Program-made: the position numbers and the translations under genes
The notes under the pieces: model-generated
What the model saw: only the letters and a program-made list of their open reading frames with translations
Database searches by the model: none
What the model was told of the DNA's origin: nothing
Shown: positions 57,419 to 64,000 of the stretch, in pieces
How the letters are laid out: each line of letters starts with the position of its first letter
Numbering within the stretch: position 1 is the first letter of the stretch
Assembly: GCA_964621085.1 (NCBI GenBank)
Contig: CAZUKY010000003.1
Span: forward strand, 8,290 to 72,289
DNA from: an uncultured Gammaproteobacteria bacterium
GTDB lineage: Bacteria > Patescibacteriota > Patescibacteriia > JACQRZ01
Length of the DNA: 64,000 nucleotides
Direction of reading: 5' to 3'

Positions 57419-57893
57419 GGAGCGGCGCGATGGCGGAATCGGCATCGTGTTCGATCCGCAGACAGGGCTGTATGCTGTCGGCAGGCACACTACTGACGGC
57501 TTTTATCGTTTGTTTTCAGGCGGCGTCGATCCAAGTGAGGATACTCAAGAAGGCACACTCCGCGAGGTAACCGAGGAGAGCGGACTGTATGATTTTTCGC
57601 ACATCGAAAAAATCGGCGAGGCGTTCGCGCACTACTACAATAGTCTTCGAAATGTCAATCGCGTAACGAAGTGCACCTGTTTTCTGATCATTCTGGAAAG
57701 CAGGGATCTTAAAGAGACGAAGCTGGAAGCGCACGAGCAATTTTCGCTTGCGTGGGTGAGCGCTGAGGAGTTGTTTGTCCAATGGAGATCTCGAAATAAA
57801 GACGGCGACGTTGACCACTGGCTGTATTTTCTCGAAAAAGCCGTCCATCGAGTGAGAGATCTCGGATACGAGGCCGTGCGTACATCGGTGTGA
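57378..57893 (+). CDS. NUDIX hydrolase
   Basis: Nudix box (SGGVDPSEDTQEGTLREVTEESGL). The 5' end overlaps the MGMT gene by 41 nt, so the true start may be further downstream. Confidence 0.7.
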   Translation: MHHIPEFGIKRENEERRDGGIGIVFDPQTGLYAVGRHTTDGFYRLFSGGVDPSEDTQEGTLREVTEESGLYDFSHIEKIGEAFAHYYNSLRNVNRVTKCTCFLIILESRDLKETKLEAHEQFSLAWVSAEELFVQWRSRNKDGDVDHWLYFLEKAVHRVRDLGYEAVRTSV

Positions 57894-57970
57894 TGGTGCG
57901 TAATTTCCTATATTGCACTGTTTGGCAGTATCTCATACACTGTTTTTAGTAACAGATATATTTCCAAAAT

Positions 57971-59026
57971 ATGGCACGCGGACGAATGGATACACCCCGA
58001 ACAATAGAGACGGCGTATTCCGACCTTGAAATGCAGAATATCGCACGACAGATCGCGGATCTTCGCGAGAGGGGGAATCGTACGGGTGTTCCCATGCACG
58101 AACTCTTTGAGAGCTCTTTTGTGCTTCCGGCGCAACTCGGCGACAGGCGAAGGAAGCTCAGAAATGAGGATGAAATTCTTGTGCAGGCATATAAAGACGC
58201 GTGGTCAGACAGGGAAATAAGCGCACTGTACTTCGAGGGGAAGAAGGGCGATTTGAGATCAAAGGGAGCGTATCGCCCGGATGAGGAGCCAAGCACGCTT
58301 TCACCTGAAGTGCTCGCGCTTCTGCATCCGGAAAAAGACTACGATGACAATTACGTCAATCAATGCCGCGATCTTCTCAACGTGCATTTTGATCCCGAAG
58401 CGATCGATATTCGTCTCGTGCGCAGTTTGGTGCGAAACCTCGACCATGGGGGAATGACGCAATGGGCTTTGCGGGAGAAAGACATGAGCGAGGCCGGCGT
58501 ACCGGATGGCATCCGTGCGCTCCTTACTTTGGATCTGCTTGCGCATGAGGCGAGATTGTATATTCGTGAGTGGCTGAGAGAAAACCAGAGCCTTGATCCG
58601 TTCACCGTGACCGACTTTCTCTCATCAACTCAGGCGAAGGAAAATTATGTAAAAAAATTAGGAACAAAAATAGAGCCGAAAGGTTTCAAGCTCGCGTATC
58701 TCAAGGGCCTCGAAGAGCGTCTCTCGGGTATGGTGGAGGAGCGGGCAAAAAGCCTCTACAAGGACGATAGCGATGCCATGATGGAATTGTGGCGCGCGGT
58801 TCAGTACTTGAGAAGTTCTAAATTCACCCAAGGGGATGTATCGGAGTTTCGCCAATCCGTCTATCAGGCTCTCAAAGATCGGGATCTCGAAAAAGCGCGA
58901 AGTCTGATGCGCCCGCGCATGCTGCGCAATCCCGACGCATTTACGCCTGCGGCGAGGCAGAACCTTGACATAACGGAGGAAGATATCAAGGCGACGCGGA
59001 TGGAGGGGGAGATACCCGAAAGATGA
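57971..59026 (+). CDS. hypothetical alpha-helical protein
   Basis: 351 aa with no recognised domain. Translationally coupled (ATGA) to the next gene. Confidence 0.5.
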   Translation: MARGRMDTPRTIETAYSDLEMQNIARQIADLRERGNRTGVPMHELFESSFVLPAQLGDRRRKLRNEDEILVQAYKDAWSDREISALYFEGKKGDLRSKGAYRPDEEPSTLSPEVLALLHPEKDYDDNYVNQCRDLLNVHFDPEAIDIRLVRSLVRNLDHGGMTQWALREKDMSEAGVPDGIRALLTLDLLAHEARLYIREWLRENQSLDPFTVTDFLSSTQAKENYVKKLGTKIEPKGFKLAYLKGLEERLSGMVEERAKSLYKDDSDAMMELWRAVQYLRSSKFTQGDVSEFRQSVYQALKDRDLEKARSLMRPRMLRNPDAFTPAARQNLDITEEDIKATRMEGEIPER

Positions 59027-59433
59027 GCACGGCAGAAAAAGAAGCGTATAAAGAGCAGGTCAAGCAGCGCGAAGAAGAGGAAAAACTGCAACCGCTTAAA
59101 CCATATATCGGCACGGTTTTGTATGATGCAGCAAATGACAGGGTCATCTACTGCATCGGGTTTGGCAAGGCTTCGCGGACTCGCACATCATACGACAAGA
59201 AGACGTGGAAGAAAGTCGAAACAACTTCTGATATTCCCGGCATGGAGGTTCGGTACTTTCCGCGGCCAAAACCCGGCGAACCGGCGCGCGCAAGAAAGGA
59301 AAAAGGCCTGATCGGGCCCGGACAATTTTTGGCAAATATCGCAAAAGGCACCTATAGTCTTCGCGAAGATATCAATCTGGATGCGACTACCGAGCAATTT
59401 GACCAAAAACTTTTTCCCTCAAAAGATGAGTAG
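59023..59433 (+). CDS. hypothetical protein
   Basis: 136 aa; 2-nt gap to the RhuM-family gene. Confidence 0.45.
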   Translation: MSTAEKEAYKEQVKQREEEEKLQPLKPYIGTVLYDAANDRVIYCIGFGKASRTRTSYDKKTWKKVETTSDIPGMEVRYFPRPKPGEPARARKEKGLIGPGQFLANIAKGTYSLREDINLDATTEQFDQKLFPSKDE

Positions 59434-59435
59434 AT

Positions 59436-59933
59436 ATGGAGGAAGAGCAGAAGAAGGGGGAAATCATCATTTATGAGCGAAAAGACGGCGCACACTTTGA
59501 AGTGACGCTTGCCGATGAGACGATTTGGCTGTCGCAAGCGCAGATTGCCAATCTGTTTGTCGTGAAGAAAGCCGCTGTCTCAAAGCATGTCAAAAACATT
59601 TACGCCGATGGAGAGCTGGGTAAGCGAGCAACTGTTTCCAAAAGGGAAACAGTTCAGCGAGAAGGAGGACGGCTCATCCGTCGGTCGATCGAGTACTACA
59701 ACCTCGATATGATTATTGCCATCGGGTATCGGGTGAACTCGAAGCGCGCCACACAGTTTCGTATTTGGGCAACCGGCGTCCTGCGCGATCATGTCCTCAA
59801 GGGATATACGGTCAACGAGAAGCGCCTCAAAGAAGCCCAATCAAAAGTGAAAGAGCTTGAGAAAACTGTAACGCTGCTCCGGGGTGTTATCCGGTCGAGA
59901 GCGGTTGGGGATCCGAAGAGCTTAGAGGAGTGA
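59436..59933 (+). CDS. RhuM-family (virulence-protein RhuM) protein
   Basis: HFEVTLADETIWLSQAQIANLF..VSKHVKNIYADGEL matches the RhuM family pattern. Confidence 0.7.
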   Translation: MEEEQKKGEIIIYERKDGAHFEVTLADETIWLSQAQIANLFVVKKAAVSKHVKNIYADGELGKRATVSKRETVQREGGRLIRRSIEYYNLDMIIAIGYRVNSKRATQFRIWATGVLRDHVLKGYTVNEKRLKEAQSKVKELEKTVTLLRGVIRSRAVGDPKSLEE

Positions 59934-60371
59934 TTGCGCCTGTTCCTCGAGCGCGCGGTGCCCCTTTTCAAGCGCAGCTTTTATTTCCTGAAGGTCGTCT
60001 TCTGATACGGTTCCTGCTGCGCGCGGAAGGATTGATTCTTCCTCTTTGCGAATATGCTCTTCGATAGATGCTTTTAATTCGGCGAGCTTTTCTGACCACT
60101 GCGTATCTTTCTGCATTTCCGAAAGGTCGTCCAAAAGTTCTTTCGCCTCATCATGATCTGCGTGTGACTCGTCGACCTGCGATTTCAGTGCCTCGTACTG
60201 CGCAAACTTCGGGTAGACGAGCCCTTCTTCCAGTTCCGTATGGTTTTCGAGTTCTTTTTTCAGTTTTGCGAAGGTCGATTCGACCGACTCGGCGTCGGTG
60301 CTTTCCTCCAGCTGCCTGAACAGATCGCGCGCTTTTTTGTGATCCTCAAGGAGGAGTGCAAAGTAGTCCAT
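59922..60371 (-). CDS. hemerythrin HHE cation-binding-domain protein
   Basis: H-HxxxE / H-xxxD ligand spacing in a four-helix layout (LEDHKKARDLF, EEGLVYPKF, ESHADHDEAKELL). Confidence 0.7.
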   Translation of the reverse strand: MDYFALLLEDHKKARDLFRQLEESTDAESVESTFAKLKKELENHTELEEGLVYPKFAQYEALKSQVDESHADHDEAKELLDDLSEMQKDTQWSEKLAELKASIEEHIRKEEESILPRAAGTVSEDDLQEIKAALEKGHRALEEQAQSLL

Positions 60372-60537
60372 ATCTCAGGTATAGGTTAGGGCTTTAATTG
60401 GCCTATAGAGAAATGACGAACAATCGGTTGTTTTCATTTCGCGCATCTCCTCATTGGAGGGCTGCAGCAGCAAAATATATAAAACAGAGCGCCCCGACCT
60501 TCTTGGATCGGGGCGTTTGGGTTGTGCTGCAGTATTC

Positions 60538-61773
60538 TTACGGCGTCCACTTGCCCAAGGCGAGCATCACGAAGAACGCGACGGGGTAGCTGACCAAAAC
60601 GGGCCAGCTCTGCGCAAACCACGTCTTCATGTTCTTGATCTCGGGGAATTGGCTTGCGACCGCCACGCCCGCGCTGCTGCCAAACCATGTCTGGCTGCCG
60701 CCGAATCCGACCGTAAAGGCCAGGATGCCCCAGTCATATCCGCCCTGATCGAGCGCGAGCTTCGTCAGCGGGATGTTGTCGAACACCGAGCTGACGTAGC
60801 CCAGGATAAGGGCGATCTCCCAGGAGGGGGCGGGAAGCGAGTCAACGGGCATCATGCTTGCCACAAGGACGAGCGAGCAGAGAAAGACCCCGCCCTTGGC
60901 CGCATTCGGAATGGCATGCGCGGGAATGCGCACGCCAAGGAGCGCGGCAACGATGACGACTGCCCATGCGCCGAGTGCCGGAACGCCGCCAGCGAGATTT
61001 CCGACGACAATTCCGCCGATAATGCAGGCGGCTGCCGCCAGGTAGTGCCACTCGATCGTGACGTTTTCGGGCGGATCCTTTCGGATCGGCTGGTAGCGAT
61101 GCTGTTGAATTGAGGCGATCACGCCGACGATCGCGAGTACGACGATCGAGCCGATTGCGGCTTTGAAGAAGGCGGTGAAAGGGATTTTATCCATCCACAT
61201 CATCATCGTGGTGGTGTCCCCGAGGGCGCTGGGAGCCCCGCCGGCGTTACTCACCGCAATGATGGCGGCAAGGAAGCCGACCGAGACTCGTCCGTCGTAG
61301 ATCAATCGGGCGATAATCGCCCCGATAAGCGCCGCGGCGATATTGTCGAGGAAAGTGGAGAAAAAGGCGACGATGCCCAGAAGCTGAAATCCGCCCAGCC
61401 AGGTATCCGACAGGAATTTCGGCAGGATGTCGGCGAGGCCCGAGCGTTCGACGTATCTTCCGAGAATTTCGCACGCGATCAGGAGGCCGAAGAGGTTGAG
61501 AAGGATGGGCGTCTCGTGAAGAACGTGACTCGGCAGATCGGTCTTCAGGAAGACCGTTTCGTACGCGACAACAAGAAAAAGTCCGCCAAGGGCGATCTCC
61601 AGATTCTTCTCGTGAAAGAGCGCAATCCCCAGGAGCGTGCATCCGAAGAGGCAGAACTCGGCCGGAATCCGGAAGTGAAACGCGAGGAAGGGAATGATCA
61701 CTACCGCGGCGAGGAGAATCGGCAGGCGATAGGGATGTTGAGAGTCGGTGCGGGATGCGAGAACGGTTTCCAA
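60538..61773 (-). CDS. ArsB/NhaD/CitMHS-superfamily ion-transporter permease
   Basis: About 11-12 TM helices with internal duplication typical of the IT superfamily. The plus-strand ORF 60454-61113 is a shadow ORF. Confidence 0.65.
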   Translation of the reverse strand: METVLASRTDSQHPYRLPILLAAVVIIPFLAFHFRIPAEFCLFGCTLLGIALFHEKNLEIALGGLFLVVAYETVFLKTDLPSHVLHETPILLNLFGLLIACEILGRYVERSGLADILPKFLSDTWLGGFQLLGIVAFFSTFLDNIAAALIGAIIARLIYDGRVSVGFLAAIIAVSNAGGAPSALGDTTTMMMWMDKIPFTAFFKAAIGSIVVLAIVGVIASIQQHRYQPIRKDPPENVTIEWHYLAAAACIIGGIVVGNLAGGVPALGAWAVVIVAALLGVRIPAHAIPNAAKGGVFLCSLVLVASMMPVDSLPAPSWEIALILGYVSSVFDNIPLTKLALDQGGYDWGILAFTVGFGGSQTWFGSSAGVAVASQFPEIKNMKTWFAQSWPVLVSYPVAFFVMLALGKWTP

Positions 61774-61895
61774 CTGCTACCTCCAGTGCGACAATGTGCG
61801 GGAAAGGAACGATTGCGTCAGTGTGCGACGCAAAAGATACTGTAGCGGCTCGGCGAGCGGCCGTCAAGGATCGGCGCGAGCTTCGTGACGTTAAT

Positions 61896-62594
61896 TTAAA
61901 ACACCCCGAACTGATACACCTTCCCTGTGATAAAGCGTCGGTGCACAGGGCCGTAATCTCGCGAGTCATTGCTGTGCCTGCGATTGTCTCCAAGCACAAA
62001 GTACTCATCCTTATTCAGAACGATGCTTCGCACCGTTTCGCTTCGATCGGCAATGACGATGTTCGGTTGGAGATACAGCTCTGTGAGTGCGTATTCTATG
62101 CCGCCGGGCGAGGTAATAAAGACAGCGTTTTGTTTGATCGTGACAGTTTCTCCCGGGAGGCCGATGATGCGCTTGATAAAGATATTTTGCCGCTCCTTTG
62201 GCTCGATATGCTGGACAATGTCGCCTCGTTGGGGCGCGAACAGGAGCGGCGATATTTTTTCAACCAGGAGAAACGTGTTGTCTTTGATCGTGGGCAGCAT
62301 GGAAACGCCGTCGGTTATTCCGGGCTCAACAACCAAGAAGCGGATGAGAAAAATCAGCAGGAAGACGTGCGCGACGATGCCCGCGATGCGGCCGAGGTAT
62401 CGTTCGCAGTCAGAAAGATACGCCCATCGGCGCGCATGTGAAGCGGTGTGTGGTATACTAGGAGATGTATGGATAATTTCGTCTACGGCGTTCAGGCGCT
62501 GGGATCGTCTCTGACGTTGACGATTCTGGGATTGATGCAGCATCCCTTGCTGTGGGGTTTTGGAATTGGTTTTCTTGTTTCGACGATCATTCAT
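61896..62594 (-). CDS. lepB: signal peptidase I
   Basis: GVSMLPT (Ser box), VEKIS..RGDIV.., GLPGETV and GDNRRHSNDSRDYGPV boxes. The N-terminal about 50 aa are low-complexity, so the start is uncertain. Confidence 0.85.
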   Translation of the reverse strand: MNDRRNKKTNSKTPQQGMLHQSQNRQRQRRSQRLNAVDEIIHTSPSIPHTASHARRWAYLSDCERYLGRIAGIVAHVFLLIFLIRFLVVEPGITDGVSMLPTIKDNTFLLVEKISPLLFAPQRGDIVQHIEPKERQNIFIKRIIGLPGETVTIKQNAVFITSPGGIEYALTELYLQPNIVIADRSETVRSIVLNKDEYFVLGDNRRHSNDSRDYGPVHRRFITGKVYQFGVF

Positions 62595-62810
62595 TTGATT
62601 ATCGTAGCCGATGTCCCTCGCACCATCCCTTTAATGGTGACAAATAACACCGTAGAGTTATTTCAAAAAATGTCGCCACGGGATGAAAGAGGCGTTTTCC
62701 TGCATTCGTATATCGCCCTTCAAAAAGAGCATAATCGTGTCCGTATCGCGTTCTATTTGGCCCTTACGACAGTATTACTCGTGATTCTTGCGGCCCTGTT
62801 TCGGGCGTGA
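62469..62810 (+). CDS. hypothetical small membrane protein
   Basis: Two hydrophobic helices. It overlaps the lepB 5' end on the opposite strand and the next gene's 3' end. Weak. Confidence 0.2.
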   Translation: MDNFVYGVQALGSSLTLTILGLMQHPLLWGFGIGFLVSTIIHLIIVADVPRTIPLMVTNNTVELFQKMSPRDERGVFLHSYIALQKEHNRVRIAFYLALTTVLLVILAALFRA

Positions 62811-63746
62811 TGAGGCACGCGACGCACGCGCTTTCATTTGGAGAGCAAAAACAGCGAGCGCCATCACACCAATGAGGGCGGCAAGTATCAGTGGAAGGCT
62901 TCCGCGGGAAGCCGGACGCGCCGGATGAGACACAAGCGGCGGCATTGTGCCGTCTACCCCGCTCACTTGCAGCGGGTAATTTTCTTTCTCGTAAATGCGT
63001 TTGTCGGTATCATAAAACGCTATTGTTACGAGGTAACGGCCCTTGGGGAGGTCGATGTCTGTTTTTACAAGCTCGGTTTTGTCTGAGAAGCCCTCAATTG
63101 GCGCAGAGGATGGTAAGAGTTTTTTTTGGATCGGCGGATTTTTCGGCTGCAGCTGATCGGCAACCGTGATCATGATATGCGAAAGGTTATCCGGGGCATT
63201 GCCGCGATTGGTGAGCGTATACGAAAAGGTGAGTGGTTGCCCTTCCTGTATTTCCTGTACGATTGCACGTTGAATCTCGAGTTTTCGCTTTGTCTGGTCG
63301 GTGACGGTAAAGGCAACGTCGGCCATGATTGCCGGCAGTGTTTCGGATCCGCTCATGTTCTTTTTGCCTCCCGGAGAAGAAGGGGAAAAGGTGAGCACCG
63401 CTTCATGAAGAGTGCCCAGTGACATGCCTTGCGTGTCAATGCTAAAGCGATACATGGCCGTTTGCTCTCCCTGAGGGATCGTAATTTCCGACGGTCCGGC
63501 AATGGCGGCAGCGGCCGGACCGGATATGCCGACATGAAACGTCGTATCTGCGGTTGTCGGAGTGCGCGACACGGTGACGTGTCGGACGATACGCGAATTG
63601 ACGAGAAGGTCTGTCACTTCGACGCGGCCAGGCGAAACGCCTATCCCGTCAGCAAAGACATGGGACGGCATCCACGCGATGAGATGTGCCGTCAGAAGAA
63701 AAAGACTCAACAAAAAAAGGGCGGAACGTGAACGATGATTTTTCAT
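62775..63746 (-). CDS. secreted/surface-anchored hypothetical protein (signal peptide plus C-terminal TM anchor)
   Basis: Start at MKNHRSRSALFLLSLFLLTAHL. Beta-rich body. C-terminal LPLILAALIGVMALAVFAL helix with a basic tail. Confidence 0.55.
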   Translation of the reverse strand: MKNHRSRSALFLLSLFLLTAHLIAWMPSHVFADGIGVSPGRVEVTDLLVNSRIVRHVTVSRTPTTADTTFHVGISGPAAAAIAGPSEITIPQGEQTAMYRFSIDTQGMSLGTLHEAVLTFSPSSPGGKKNMSGSETLPAIMADVAFTVTDQTKRKLEIQRAIVQEIQEGQPLTFSYTLTNRGNAPDNLSHIMITVADQLQPKNPPIQKKLLPSSAPIEGFSDKTELVKTDIDLPKGRYLVTIAFYDTDKRIYEKENYPLQVSGVDGTMPPLVSHPARPASRGSLPLILAALIGVMALAVFALQMKARASRASSRPKQGRKNHE

Positions 63747-63750
63747 ATGA

Positions 63751-64000
63751 TTAGGAAGCGAGTACAGCACTTATTTTTTCGACAATTTGTTCTGGCGTAT
63801 GATGTCCCTTTATCAAATAATCATGCGCCCCAAGGCGAATGCCATGCTGCATATCGTCAGGATGACCAAGCTCTGTTACTAAAACAAAGGGAATACCTCG
63901 CGTTGATGGCATTGAGTGCACATGGGCGAGCAGTCGGAATCCATCCATTATCGGCACGAGTACTTCCGACAAGACCAGTGCCGGCAGTTCGCGACGAATG
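63751..64000 (-). CDS. response-regulator receiver domain protein (partial; N-terminus beyond window)
   Basis: C-terminal REC elements (PFVLVTELGHPDDM..GAHDYLIKGH). The ORF continues past 64000. Confidence 0.6.
   Translation of the reverse strand, partial: IRRELPALVLSEVLVPIMDGFRLLAHVHSMPSTRGIPFVLVTELGHPDDMQHGIRLGAHDYLIKGHHTPEQIVEKISAVLAS

Noticed and set aside
60454-61113. 219-aa plus-strand ORF and the 253-aa minus ORF 61247-62008, overlapping the permease and lepB
   Set aside because: Low-complexity R/G/A-rich translations typical of GC-rich antisense frames.
1-64000. CRISPR arrays, rRNA genes, transposases, integrases, prophage structural genes
   Set aside because: No regularly spaced direct repeats with unique spacers, no rRNA-like segments, and no DDE, tyrosine or serine recombinase motifs were seen. 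The repetitive regions found are in-frame protein-coding repeats or a single inverted-repeat element.

Overview
This 64 kb window is gene-dense bacterial chromosome with a mosaic base composition. Most of it is GC-rich (roughly 55-65%). Two clearly AT-rich insertions interrupt it: about 7.4-17.9 kb and about 46.0-49.1 kb. Gene content suggests a Gram-positive-type or CPR/Patescibacteria-like organism; this is inferred from a suf operon carrying SufU and SufT, a coiled-coil lytic transglycosylase, a lamin-tail-domain-ComEA fusion, many small membrane proteins, and repeat-rich surface proteins.

In order along the window:
- A DNA-uptake module: a ComEC-type metallo-beta-lactamase-fold protein and an LTD-ComEA protein.
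- A cell-surface glycan locus that makes UDP-xylose (Ugd then UXS). It also encodes a Wzx-like flippase, a polyprenyl-phosphate GT2, a GT4 and two further GT2 enzymes, plus a pair of paralogous polytopic GT-C-like membrane proteins.
- A roughly 10 kb low-GC block inside that locus, carrying two methyltransferases, two MDR dehydrogenases, a cupin, a GDPD phosphodiesterase and a nucleotidyltransferase.
- A GY-repeat/FN3 surface protein.
- A redox and dNTP-synthesis supercluster: NrdH-like glutaredoxin, a 10-Cys microprotein, TrxB, and class I RNR NrdA/NrdB. A terminator-type leader sits just before nrdA.
- RmuC and tRNA-Ser(GGA).
- An extremely repetitive PV-rich secreted protein, followed by an unusual nested inverted-repeat element.
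- Two tandem FMN reductases and a complete sufCBD-S-U-(CPBP protease)-T-bcp operon.
- dnaG-rpoD. The RpoD has a histone-H1-like K/A/P N-terminal tail.
- Hsp20 and tRNA-Asn(GTT).
- Directly 3' of tRNA-Asn, the second AT-rich island. It carries an overlapping two-gene module encoding a TIR-like (pfam10137/CAP12-type) protein and a DUF3800 protein. This is the best candidate in the window for an undescribed defence-type system.
- An ABC-F ATPase, Sua5/TsaC, a VIT-family transporter, another repeat-rich secreted protein, DUF1428, a PhnB-like VOC protein, a MATE efflux pump, DUF1059, an MGMT-family protein and a NUDIX hydrolase.
- A three-gene unit ending in a RhuM-family protein.
- Hemerythrin, an ArsB/NhaD-type permease, signal peptidase I, a surface-anchored protein and a partial response regulator.

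No CRISPR array, rRNA, transposase or integrase was recognised.
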